DNA of 56,294 nucleotides, filler included, from Basidiobolus ranarum (Eukaryota): NCBI GenBank assembly GCA_040143965.1. It is 6 parts of 6 records of this genome, joined end to end, with 100 filler letters (N's around TTAATTAATTAA, not from the genome) between each part and the next. Parts side by side here need not be neighbours in the genome. Positions count along the whole stretch, not along the records: positions 18,838 to 28,147 come from JASJQH010007719.1; positions 28,248 to 37,533 come from JASJQH010007720.1; 4 more parts are not named here. One strand, 5' to 3'. Shown piece by piece: positions 25,208 to 36,542 of this stretch (position 1 is its first letter; each line of letters starts with the position of its first letter). The notes under the pieces were generated by a model. It saw only the letters and a program-made list of their open reading frames with translations, ran no database searches and was not told where the DNA came from. The position numbers and the translations under genes were made by a program.

Positions 25208-26407
25208 ATGGACTCTTTTTCGTCCAGAATCTTACAGATACGGAAGGAGGATATTCAAGAAATGCTCGATAAAATTCAGAAATGTTATCAGCCTTGGGTC
25301 ATAGAGAAATATCCACCTAAGAAAGCTTGGGCTGGTAATTTATTGAGCCACAAACAAAGAAAAGGAGTATGGGAGCATACAGAGGACCCTCTTCCAAAGA
25401 ACCTCCCTTTGTTTTCTTCCAAGATTGGCGGTTTAAAGCCTACTATATTCGAGGATGAAGGCTGGCCCACTTGTGACAGTAAGTTTGGGAGTTGTGGTCG
25501 ACCATGTAAGAATTAACTTTTCTTAACTTCTAAATGTATATGTTTTTCTATGTATTATGGGACTTTAGGTTCTGTTTACTGTTGACTTTACTGACTTAGC
25601 ACCTTTAGTAACTTTCCTTTGCCAAATCAATTTCAACGACATTAAAGACCCGGAATTCCAAAAGTTATATGGTACAGTTCGCCTAATATTTCTGGAACTA
25701 ATGCTCTTTCCCTGTTAGACTGGAACTTACATATGATGATTTTGGTAGGGAACGGTTTATTGCAAGTATGGGCCTGCTTAGGGCCTATCTCTGAGAGAAG
25801 TGATGGTAGTACTTACTATCCATGTCAATGTGATGGAGACCGTCCAAGCCTTTCAGTTCGTATGCTACTACAAGACGAGATGGAGAATGATAAATTCGAG
25901 GATGGAGTATGTGACAAGGGGAAGCCACCAGTAGTTCTAGAAGAGGATGTTTACACTTCTTTTGAGATGATATCCCAACACGACATGCCATCCAATCATT
26001 TTGATATATTGGAAAGAGACTTAGCTATCAGCGATTGGGACATTGAGCCTTGGTTTTTACCGGATTATGACGATTCCCTAGAGGATTTGATCTCCCGAAA
26101 CTGGTCTCCAACTATAGGCAGATTGGGTGGATGGTTTTCATTTTTCCAAGCCGAACCACTGATGGTATGTCCAGACTGTTATAATGAATTAGAAGAGAGA
26201 AAGAAGACTGGCTTAATTGACGAGATAAGAACTAATAGCATTCCAATGCCGTACATGCAACCTCTGTTTTGTTTGACACTTTCTAGTTTCGAAACGTGGA
26301 ATGTTGATAGAGATCCACGTTTAAGAGCTAGTGAGATAGTCTTGGGGATTTTTCAATGTCCGAAGCATCTTGAATATGTTGATGGCACTGCCATTTATTT
26401 GGGATAA
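25208..26407 (+). CDS. DUF1963/YwqG-like protein, 3 exons, 339 aa
   Basis: join(25208..25505,25609..25671,25749..26407). Motifs SKIGG.P..EGWP.C..C.RPLTFLCQIN, GLLQVW, LGGW..FQ..CPDC, IFQCPKH. Family call by eye. Confidence 0.7.
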
Positions 26408-26638
26408 GCATTACCTAACTTGAGGTAGTGATTACTTCATCAATGGCCAATAAAGCCGATCTATTTATTATATGCAGCCTAGGAGCGATTCATGAAGCAT
26501 CTCTGCAGCAATTATGACAAGATCATCAATGGGTATCGTTGATATACCATAGATCAACGAGTTAGATTAGTCAACAAATAGCTTTTATTCTGATTCATAG
26601 TAGAGCAATGAAAATGTAGTCAGCCATTCATATCTTAA

Positions 26639-28105
26639 TTATAGACTTGTATCCATGTCCGAACCCGAGTCCGTACTCTCGTTATAATTGTCTTTGTACG
26701 CACACGCGCGTTTCTGATTTCTTTTCGTACCAATTCTTGGCTCTCGATGCGTGGCCTTTATGTTCGAATCATTGGTAGGCCGGGATATATCCGCAACACT
26801 TATCTTAAGAGTAGCTGTCCCCTGAGAAATTGCAAGAAGGTTTAGATTCAAGGATTAGATACACATCAACAACCTTAGATGTAGAAGTGAATACGAACGC
26901 GTTTTGCTCTCTCCATGTTGTCCTTCACTGCCCCTGCAAAATCCAAACCTAAATAAAATATGAGATTAGCATCTAGTAAGTCTCTATTTCAATCTACACA
27001 CCTTCTAAAGAAAGTCCTTTGGTTGTTAACTGGCTGATCATCTCATCGCGTAACTTCGTGTTCAAAGTTCTAGAAAACTTCTGTCTTGGTACTTCGATAT
27101 CATTAAGGTATCGCTCTAAATCAGATAGAAATGAGTGGCTACTTGACTTGGCTATTTCTAATTGAACATACCCAGCGTCCCCACCACTTGTTTATTCGCG
27201 TTCACATTACTAAGTTGGATATCTTGCCCAGCCATCAAAGTTCTCTTCATGTTATTCACTGTTCCGTACGCACCGCGAGTGTTTTCTTTACTATTGGCCA
27301 AGTCAAAAAGTTTTTCATCGAATTTCTTGGAATTCCAGTCGTTGCATAGTTCCTATTTTTAGAAAGGAAAAAGAGAGAGAATTGAACTTCAATGTATCAT
27401 GTATTGAAAGTAATTGAAACATGTTACGTACCGTTGTCAGTGCCTCGTTTTCGATCACTAACTGTTGTTTTGATGTCCTCAAACCTCTGAGGGTATTTAA
27501 GATTTCTTGCAGCTGTTGAATGGGTAGTTACGAGTCGAAAAATGAAATTACTACGAGTGGAATAACCTACCTCCACCATATGATCGCATTGAACATCGTA
27601 TCCACTGTCGCTCAAAGACTTGAAATTATTTCCATTTCCAATGTCCGGGATATCACCTTCAGGTCCTGCAAGCGGGGGGATGAATATAAGGTCATCTTGC
27701 TTTTTACAATGCGTTTCAATATTCCCCTTTCTAAAGTCTGAAGTCGTGTAACCTTGCTCCCAAGGACACCGTTTTTTAGACTCTGCGAACGGCTGGATCC
27801 CAAAAATACTATGAACTTAGATGAATAAGTATTCTCCAGCTGATATACAGAAATATAATTACTTGTATGGGGCCACTAGTGCTGGTGCATCCATTGTGTC
27901 GATCTTGGGGAATATGGACAAGCTGGAGTTCTGGGGACTGGTGATTCCTATCACATCACGAGCCACCAATCCAGCAACTATACTTCCCAGTATCAAATCC
28001 GAAGAAATATCAAATATAAGCTCAGCTTTAGGTCCCATCTTGCACTTGAGAGTATCGTCCACCCTTTTCAAAGATTTCTTAGCCCCATTTTGGGTCTTTG
28101 TGTAG
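26639..28105 (-). CDS. Multi-exon hypothetical protein with a putative His-Me-finger (HNH-like) motif; 5' incomplete
   Basis: Six GT-AG introns keep one open frame: ..QCDHMVE|LQEIL..ELCNDW..LANSKENTRGAYGTVNNMK..; stop at 26639. An in-frame TAA lies just upstream of 28105, so the 5' structure is unresolved. Confidence 0.65.
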
Positions 28106-28147
28106 GCTTAATGGTCCAACACATATTCTGCTCTGCTAGGTTGTCAT

Positions 28148-28247
28148 NNNNNNNNNNNNNNNNNNNNNNNNNNNNNNNNNNNNNNNNNNNNTTAATTAAT
28201 TAANNNNNNNNNNNNNNNNNNNNNNNNNNNNNNNNNNNNNNNNNNNN
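28148..28247. other. Artificial contig spacer
   Basis: N44-TTAATTAATTAA-N44. Confidence 0.99.
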
Positions 28248-28365
28248 GAATCACTCTGGGTACGCACTTGGTAAGAAGCAGGGTTCACATGTTGAAGTTT
28301 TTGAATAGTGTCTTGGAAAGCAACATAAACATCAATGCTATTGAGTGGAGATTTGAACAACACCT
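28248..28365 (-). pseudogene. Fragment of an importin-7/Nmd5-like C-terminus
   Basis: Translates VLFKSPLNSIDVYVAFQDTIQKLQHVNPASYQVRTQS; no upstream gene body visible. Confidence 0.5.
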
Positions 28366-29230
28366 AACTTGTTAGTAATTTCCTATATGAAAAAGATTTA
28401 GTATAAATATCAATCTTCTCAAATACGTTTTGTTCTGAAAGACTCACCATACTGTTTAAAGCGGACTATATCAAGATATTTAGTGAAGACAATCCGTTGC
28501 TATGTGACTTTTATAGACATGAGAAGTAGATTCTAACTGATGTATCTGTCTTCGTATGCTCATATAACTCTTGTTAGTACCTTTACAATACATCTAGCAG
28601 TACCCAATCTGGGCTCTTTTCAAATGTTATATTATAGATAATCTCACAAATTATGCAAATGACTAATCTACGGTTAATATATTTCAGCAATCCTTGACCT
28701 TGTTAAGCTTGGTCCGTAGTTTTTACTTCCTGAACAACACCAAATCAGTGCTTAGAAAGTCTAATTGGATGGTACCAATACCGAATTCAGTGTAGGTCAA
28801 CTATACTAAGTAATATCTTGAAAGGTCTCACTTACTAATCAACAATTGAGGTACCAGGGTCATCATTCAAACGTGGATGTTACTACATGAATGCACTGTT
28901 TGTGTATAGAACTGCGACTAGGGAGTAGAAATTATAGACGTACCTACCTAGAGAAAGTTAGTTAACTTGTTACATCATAGGCGTATACAGTAATAAATGT
29001 TACCGATGCAAACACTTTCATTATGATACACACATGGTTCATGACGCTATGGAGAAGACTGAAGTAGCAAAATATATTATTCTAGAGAGTGTATATTGTA
29101 CTTCATCAATATTCATTGGGATCAAGCAGTGGAGAGGCTTAGGCCCACATACTAGGCTGCATGTCTCTACAGATAAAGCAAAGTGAATGATTCAATTCAT
29201 ACCGCAGATAGTATGTTGGTGATGAATTGT

Positions 29231-29238
29231 TATAAATA
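29231..29238 (+). promoter_or_regulatory. Putative TATA box of carbonic anhydrase
   Basis: TATAAATA ~60 nt upstream of ATG 29294. Confidence 0.4.
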
Positions 29239-29293
29239 GTTATGGTGTTTGTAGGCTTCCCCTAAGCTACCGCTAAAGCACTTCATTTCAAGC

Positions 29294-30241
29294 ATGCACA
29301 CTAATCTTCCTTTATCCCAAGGTAAGTGAAGTCTCGATATATTAACTTTTGAGCGGTGTAACATAATTTAATCCCGATATTAGATGACAGGCTAGGCGAT
29401 ATGCTCAACAAAAACAAGAAATGGGCAAAAATGATTCAAACTGAACAACCGGAATTCTTCGCTACTTCTGCCAAGGGACAATGTCCTAAGATCTTGTGGA
29501 TTGGTTGTTCAGACTCTAGAGTTCCCGCTGAACAGGTTGTACAGTGTGGTAAGCTAGTAGCATTTTGAGTGCAACATATCCTTCTGTAATTAACGCTTAT
29601 TTTCACACAACTCAGCTCCAGGAGATCTTTTTGTTCATCGCAACATTGCCAATGTATGCCTCCACACAGATTTAAACTTTTTGTCGGTACTTCAGTATTC
29701 CGTAGATATTCTTAAGGTGGAACATATTATTGTTTGTGGTAAGTACACCAAGTTTGTTTTATTTATAAATTCAAAGTGCACTAATGCATCCTCGAAGGCC
29801 ATTATGGATGTGGTGGCGTTAATGCATCTATTGAAAATAAATTCCATGGTTTGATTGACTCTTGGTTATGCAACATCAAGGATGTGTATAGAGGTAAATG
29901 GATAGTTGTGTAAACTTGCTGACTTATTCCCTAGCTAACACCATTGTTCTTTAGCTAATAGAGAGAATCTTGAATTTGTCAAAGACTTTGAAGCCAGAAA
30001 AGAGCTTTTAGTGGAATTGAACGTTAGTAACAGTGTGTATAATATCTGTCACAGTCCGATAGTTCAAGCAGCATGGGAGCGCCGACAACAATTATCTGTG
30101 CATGGCTGGTGTTATGCTTTGGAAGATGGCTTAATCCGTGAACTGGGACTGGTAGTTTCCAAACAAGACCAAATCGAAGCAGTTTATAACATGGCTGTTA
30201 CAAATAAGACAGTCAGCACCAAGACCAGTGAGACTAAGTGA
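29294..30241 (+). CDS. NCE103: Beta-class carbonic anhydrase, 5 exons
   Basis: Spliced translation: [45 protein letters not shown]; Zn ligands intact; four GT-AG introns. Confidence 0.95.
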
Positions 30242-30559
30242 TGTATTAGGATAATCTTAAAAGTACAGCAGTGATTGAGATCCAAAATAATCCAACCAAC
30301 TTATAACAAAATCATTCTGATATTAGCATATGTTGAATGAAGTTTACCCTTATCACGATATATGATTGTTAACTGATTAGAATATGCGAATATGGATTTT
30401 TCATAGTTTCATAGTATTGTTACCTAGCTTTGTTGCCATGGATGAATAAATGAGCCGATCATCATCCAAATCACTGGTGATACAAACACGTACACTACAA
30501 ATATTTTAAAGTTTAGTTGATCGTTTCCATAAATGGTAAAAAATCATTACTATCACTCA

Positions 30560-30700
30560 TGGCGTACTTGGCTCTTTCTATTGAGCATACACTTCTAGAG
30601 CTGCTTTTTGCGCCCTTCAACCATGGGTAAACAGCGTTCTCCCATAGGCTCGGAATATTCATCCTAGACGGTCTGTAACGCAAAGTACTCCATATTATCC
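30560..30700 (-). pseudogene. 3' remnant of the deaminase gene (duplicate of 32379-32846)
   Basis: DNMEYFALQTV*DEYSEPMGERCLPMVE, then a frameshift; 5' two-thirds deleted. Confidence 0.8.
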
Positions 30701-30756
30701 TTACCAGCCGGTCCGTAATAGTTTCTTATCCTTACCAGCCGGTCCGTAATAGTTTC
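30695..30756. repeat. Exact 31-bp tandem duplication at the deletion breakpoint
   Basis: TTATCCTTACCAGCCGGTCCGTAATAGTTTC x2. Confidence 0.95.
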
Positions 30757-32378
30757 CTGCAGAACGTGATTCATTGCTCTTCATCTGTTGCAAAGTGTAT
30801 TTTATTGGCCCAGTTGATGAAAATATTATTACTGATTTGCATCCCCTATCCTGCGATCTATTCAAAGATTATCATGAAAGACATCTGCTTACCACAAATT
30901 AGGCAAGTTTGAATTTGAGTCAAGTCCCTTACACAAGCCCCAGTTGGCCTAAGTAAACTTTTGGATGACTAAGCAATGGCAAATGGTTGGCCATAGCACA
31001 TCAACCGAATTAACGTCACTTGCATTCTAACCCTGGCTATATCAATAAATACAAAGTATGTAGATGACTAATCTACGGTTACTATACTTCAGCAAGCTTT
31101 GACCTTCTAAAGCTTGATCCGTAGTCTTTACTTCTTGAACAATATCAAAGCAGCGCTTAAAAAGTCCTATTGGATGGTACCAATACCGAATTCAGTGTAG
31201 GCCAGCCATACTAAGTAATGTCTAGGTCATATCTCAAAACATCCCGCTTACTAATCCACAACTGAGGTATCAGGGTCCTCATTCACAACCTGGATGTTAC
31301 TACATGAAGGTGCCATTTGTATATAGAACTGCGGTTAGGAATTGAATAGTGAAAATATACCTATCTAGAGAAAGCAGGTTGACTTGTCACTTCATAGGTG
31401 TCTACATATACCTAATATGTATCTCATAACTGTTATCGATACAAATACTTCCATTATGATACATAAACGACTCATGATGCTATGGAGAAGACCGAAGTAG
31501 TCGAGAAAATATATTCCAGATAGTGTGTATCGTACTACATCAACATCCATTTGGGTTAACCAGTGGAGGGGCTTAAGCCCACATGCTAAAGGTGTACCTA
31601 TCTAGAGAAGGCTGGTTAGCTTGCATCATAGGCGTATACAGATACCTAATATATATCTAATAAATTTTATTGATACATGTACTTCCATTATGGTGCATAC
31701 ATGACTCATAATACTGTGGAGAATGCCAAAGTAGTCGAGAAGATATATTCTGGGGAATGTTTATTGTAATACATCAACATCCATTTTGGCTTACTAGTAG
31801 AAAGGCTTAGGCTCAAATGCTAGCCCCCATGTGCCCACAGATAAGTCGAAGTGAGTTGATTCATACCTCAGGCAGTGTGCTAGGGGTAAAATGAAACTTA
31901 TAGCTAAAACTCTTGCAAGTTTCCCTTCAGCCACTGTCAGAGCACTTCACTGCAAAAATGCACGTTAATCCTCTTTGGCCCTATGGCAAGTGAAGTCTCA
32001 CTATTTTAATTGAAATAGAAATAGCCCAGTTAACTTCCAAGTAAGTCATTCAAATAGTAGCTTAATATGCCAGGTGTACGCTTATCATGATATGCGATAG
32101 TTAACTTACAGCTGTAGTATCAAATTAAACCTTTGAGCTTCTTATTAGGGAACAACATGTTTTTGTGAATTAGTGTGGGTTTGTGAAACAAATAGCATAT
32201 GGCATCAATGGTGCGAAATGGAATTATATATATTGTATTATATCTATGGATAAACAAATGAACCGAACACCTTCCAAATCACTGGGGAATGCAATCTAAA
32301 TTGACGCCAAAAATATCCCAAAGGTTTATTTTATTGCTTCATAGATAGTACCATATCACAATTATCTCAATATATTGT

Positions 32379-32846
32379 TTATGAGGTATTCAGCTCTTTT
32401 CATAGAGCATACACTTCTAAAGCCTCTTTTCTAGGCTCTTTAACCATGGGCAAGCGGCGTTCTCCAATAAGCTTGGAGTACTCATCATAGGAGGTTTCCA
32501 ACTCAAAGTACTTTCTATTATCCGTATAGTATGCCGAATATTCTTCACGAGTAGTTAGATAAATAACCTTCTTGGGGCTACAATAGTAGAGAGAGCCTAG
32601 ACACATTGGACATGGACTGGCGAGTACATAAATTTCGCAATCAGTTAAATGTTCAGTTTGAAGCTTCATACAAGCTGCTCTAACAGCAAGTATTTCTGCA
32701 CGAGCTGTAGGGTCATGCGTCTAGGCTACAAGGTTAGGACTTTTCACAATAATTTCTCCGTTTTGGACTATGACACAAGCAAATGGGCGTCCACCATTTC
32801 TCACGTTCTCCTTGGCTAGATTGATGGTATGTTCGGCAAAATTCAT
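32379..32846 (-). pseudogene. Intronless bacterial-type guanine/nucleoside deaminase (GuaD-like, CDA superfamily), inactivated
   Basis: MNFAEHTINLAKENVRNGGRPFACVIV..NLVA*THDPTARAEILA..PCPMCLGSLYYC..YAL*KELNTS*. TAG at 32721-32723, HAE changed to RAE at 32700-32702, TGA at 32400-32402; no frameshift. Confidence 0.9.
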
Positions 32847-34289
32847 AGTCAGGTGTAAGAATGAAGGAAGGAAAGGAAACCACAAGTTACTTACATAACT
32901 ATTCAGTAGGTAATATCTTGGTAACTATTTAGCGTTCAATCAATCAATACATTCCATAATAGTTTTTAGCAATTATCACGAATTGATCTTCATTTGTTGT
33001 GAGGTGTCTCGTTGGCTCAGTTGAATAAAAATCTTCTCACTGGATTATTCTATATTGTGATCTATTCAAAGATTATCTTGAAGGACATATGCTTACCACA
33101 AATTAGGTTGGTTTAGATTTGAGCCGAGTCCTTTACACAAATCCTGCGTAAGTAAATTTTTGGATGAGTAAGCAATGTCAAATGACTGACCATAGCACAG
33201 CAGCCTTATTGATGTCACCTGTATTCTAACCTTTGCTGTATTAACAAAGACAGACACATCTTGGTTGATGTGGTTGTATTTTTGAAATACTCATGTTACA
33301 GTACTACAAGTATGGGCAGCCTTGATAGCCTGCGTATGCGATCAAATAGTATGTCACTTTAATTGATTGCTGTTTTGATTGACATGAATGATTCCACATA
33401 TGGTAAGTGCTACATTTATGCCATGCTAATTGAATAAGGTTTTGAGCAATATAAATGATTCCATGTTTGGTGAGTGTTACATTTAACAGTGTTGTTTCAA
33501 AGGGGAATATTTTTGCTTTTAATGTGTACGCGCAATCTAGGATATTTTGGTAAAAACGCTTTTATTTGCAACTATGTATATGTATATAAACACTCAAACA
33601 TGAATCTACAACTTCAGTAGCTCAACTTTCTCACATTAAGAGTTGTTATATCCTTGTTAGGTATGAATTGAACTTGCCCCTGTATAGTAGGATAGCCAAA
33701 CTTAAAAGCCTTGAGCCAGGGCCAGCTTCTTTTGCATTCATACATCACTAGACACTTGATACTGTGCCCGTAAGAGTTCTAGTCAGTGATATTCTTGGCC
33801 TTATTCGTTTTATCAACTGAATTACAGGGCCTCATTGGACCGTTGTGGAAGATCATTGCTTGGTGAATAAATTAGTTAGTTTCATTTAAGCATATATTTC
33901 GAGAATGGATAAGATATGCTGAGAGGAAAAATCACCTACGTCGCCATGTTGCTACTATTGTACTAACTCAAGATTTGAACTAAGTGCCGTTGTTCTAAAG
34001 TTTTCCGAGTGATGTTAGATGTGATGATTTATGATTTTTGAAAGGTGGCTTTATGGTTCAAGAGCCTAGTAGGCTAGCGAGGTATTTAGGAATTGATAAA
34101 AAGTAAAGTTGTATGTATTTGGAGGGTAACACTACATGTGATTGTTTGCAGATAAATTGTTGGAGCATGAGCAGCCATCATGATGGTATTCTAGATGGCA
34201 TAAATACTAAATATGAAACTTTATCAACTGGAATAATTTTCATATATCTCTATGTACATATAGCTACAAGCTGGAAGGCGGTCTGGCCA

Positions 34290-34598
34290 GGCATGTATTT
34301 TGGGCGTTTGTTGGAAGTGCTTTGGAGAACTAGAAGAATTGGTGGGTTTCACTTATTGATGTATTGAGTAGGAAGTCGGCATTGATAGTTTCGTCAAGAA
34401 GTAGACAGACAAACATATAGAATGTGCTAAAGAAGGTCCCAGGAAGATGTGTGGGCAGTTTGGGGCTTGTAATACAAGTTTGAAAATCTATATATCTGAA
34501 AACTTCTCATTAGCATAATGGGTGATATCTTAATGAAATAACCAATTTGTAAACAATATATGGCTATCTAGGTGTTTAGGCTTATGTTAGCTTGAATA
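34290..34598. mobile_element. Eroded solo LTR, same family as 24356 and 52171
   Basis: Colinear similarity (TATTTTGGG..GGAAGTG.TTTGGA.AACTAGAAGAATTGG...); termini and TSD not recognisable. Confidence 0.75.
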
Positions 34599-35141
34599 GA
34601 CTCCATGTATATGTCTCATGTAGCAACTATTGGGAAAATATGCATTCACGGTTTGGCTTAACCCATCCATGACCAAACAAAGAGTTGGAGTATTTTATGT
34701 TCAACAAACAATATCAGTTCATTTCCAGGTTTGATAATATCTTTACAAATGATACTATCAGAATGTAAACAGCTCCTAGCTCATGTAGCTGAAATACATA
34801 AAATAGTAGTTTTGCTTCTCTCGAACATGTATTACAAAGATTTTAACTTCATTTCCTTACGTAGATCGTTTTCGCATGTGGGTCATATTTTCAAGAGCCT
34901 GGCTACATTGTATGGTTTAGTATGTTGTATAGTTTAGTGCGTATGGTAACACTAAATTGATCTTCATTCCGGATTACTTTTCTATTTGGGATATTCATAC
35001 CGGTAAGAATGCTTCGATCCATGTGTGGTAATTGATTTGATCCAATAGAGTTAATGGATTGACTAACCCGCACTACCAAGAATCAATCTTGTCTTTTGCA
35101 TGGATTTTAGTGTGATTTAAACATCTTCCTCCCTCCAAGAG

Positions 35142-35174
35142 TTAGAGTTAGGGTTAAGGTTAAGGTTAAGGTTA
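35142..35174 (+). repeat. Short telomere-like hexamer run
   Basis: TTAGAG TTAGGG TTAAGG TTAAGG TTAAGG TTA. Confidence 0.55.
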
Positions 35175-35615
35175 CTCATAGAGTTGGTGTCTAAAAAGTG
35201 TTTCAAAAATTGATAAAAGCCAAATGATTAGATTGTTATCGAACATTCAATGATATCTGCTTACCTCTGTTCAATGAAGAAGCAAATTATTTTGAACGCT
35301 ATTAATACCTCTAACTATACTGTACAATGTGTAGTGAGTAACGGTGAGTTAGTATACTGTCTGTAGGTGGACTAGTAGAAGCACATCATCTGTACGACTA
35401 GTGTGGAACTGACATGTTTGGCTATTTCAACAAATAGCACACATCACCACGTTTAATATTCTGCATAATACATGATGTTCATGCTTAGCTTAAACACTGG
35501 TAATATTTAGACTTGCATAATAGTACATCAATCAGTATGTATTTACATCTGAACACTTCTACAGTTGAGTATATAATCCTCCTCTTGCCAAGTTTATTCA
35601 TTAATTATCTCAACA

Positions 35616-36113
35616 ATGAAGTACTCAGTTGCTCAACTCTTACTCGTTCTCTCCGCAGCTTTTGCTATCAATGCCAGTGTGCTTGAGCGCTCGTATGATC
35701 CAAGTTATAAGGGAGTAGGCCATGGTGGAGGTGGTGGTGGGAGAACACATAAATATGGCGGAGGTCATGGTGGTGGTGATGAGTATGACGACGAATACGA
35801 TGGTGACGGTCATGGACGAGGTAAGAAGTACGGAGGTGGCGGTGGAGGTCACGGTGACGACTATGATGATGATGAGTACGATGGACATGGCGATGGAAGG
35901 GACTACAAAGATGGAAGAGGAAAGAAGTACAGAGGTGACGGAGATTATGATGATGAATATGACGGTGATGATGACTATCATCGTGGTGGAGGAAGAGGAA
36001 AGAAATATGGTGGTGGTGGTGGCGGCGATGATTACGATGGAGATGATTACGAGGGTGATGGCAAAAGATATGGTAACGGCCATGGTGGAAACAAAGGTTA
36101 CGACAAATACTAA
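35616..36113 (+). CDS. Secreted Gly/Asp/Tyr/Lys-rich low-complexity protein, 165 aa
   Basis: Signal peptide MKYSVAQLLLVLSAAFAINA; TATATAA at 35570; repeats GRGKKYGGGG and DDYDDDEYDG. Confidence 0.88.
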   Translation: MKYSVAQLLLVLSAAFAINASVLERSYDPSYKGVGHGGGGGGRTHKYGGGHGGGDEYDDEYDGDGHGRGKKYGGGGGGHGDDYDDDEYDGHGDGRDYKDGRGKKYRGDGDYDDEYDGDDDYHRGGGRGKKYGGGGGGDDYDGDDYEGDGKRYGNGHGGNKGYDKY

Positions 36114-36470
36114 ACATAGATTGAGCTTCAAGAATACCCAGATGAATGTTGATTACAGAATATCTTTGTTGAATAAATATCATCTTATCATTATAAATTT
36201 CGGCACCTATGGTACTTGTGAGCTCTTTAGAGTTGATTCGATAAAGTAACAAATATATAAAGTTAAGAACCACACTTTAGTGGTTAACCTGGTTAAACAA
36301 GCTGAGCGATGGTCACTTTATTATACTGTTAACTGCATCGACAATCGTGCGAAGGATGCACAGATAAGAATAAAAAACTGAACCGATCAAATTATATAAT
36401 GCGGGAATCTATTTAAAATCAAGCAAAAACATTTGCCTTCTTACAAGTCCATCTATTTCTCGAAAATAGT

Positions 36471-36542
36471 TGCCTACTGCCGGGATTGAACTGGCGACCT
36501 TCAGTTTACGAGACTGACGCGCTACCACTGCGCTAAGCAGGC
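36471..36542 (-). tRNA. tRNA-Thr(CGT), intronless
   Basis: GCCTGCT-TA-GCGCAGTGGTAGCGC-G-TCAGT-CTCGTAA-ACTGA-AGGTC-GCCAG-TTCAATC-CCGGC-AGTAGGC-A; full cloverleaf with one T-stem mismatch. Confidence 0.92.

Larger units (their letters stand above)
28650..33245. repeat. Diverged tandem segmental duplication (unit 1 ~28650-31045, unit 2 ~31050-33245)
   Basis: 28661-29340 aligns to 31066-32003; ~30440-30700 to ~32245-32525; ~30770-31040 to ~32980-33240. An extra ~235-bp internal tandem copy lies at ~31355-31825. Confidence 0.9.

Noticed and set aside
30695..30756. 31-bp direct repeats as a CRISPR-like array
   Set aside because: Only two abutting copies, no spacer, eukaryotic context, no cas genes.
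32400..32723. Stop-codon readthrough, recoding or A-to-I editing rescuing the deaminase
   Set aside because: The Zn-ligand His is also lost, editing the first TAG would give Trp at a probable Gln site, and other genes use standard stops; ordinary pseudogenisation is simpler.
35640..36273. Overlapping long ORFs (His-rich and Ile/Val-rich on minus, Met/Val/Thr-rich on plus)
   Set aside because: Shadow frames of the low-complexity GGT/GAT/GAC-rich gene; only 35616-36113 has a signal peptide and TATA box.
23517..36542. tRNA-targeted integration of the solo LTRs
   Set aside because: The LTRs are ~0.8 and ~1.9 kb downstream of the tRNAs and the third has no tRNA nearby; no consistent distance.
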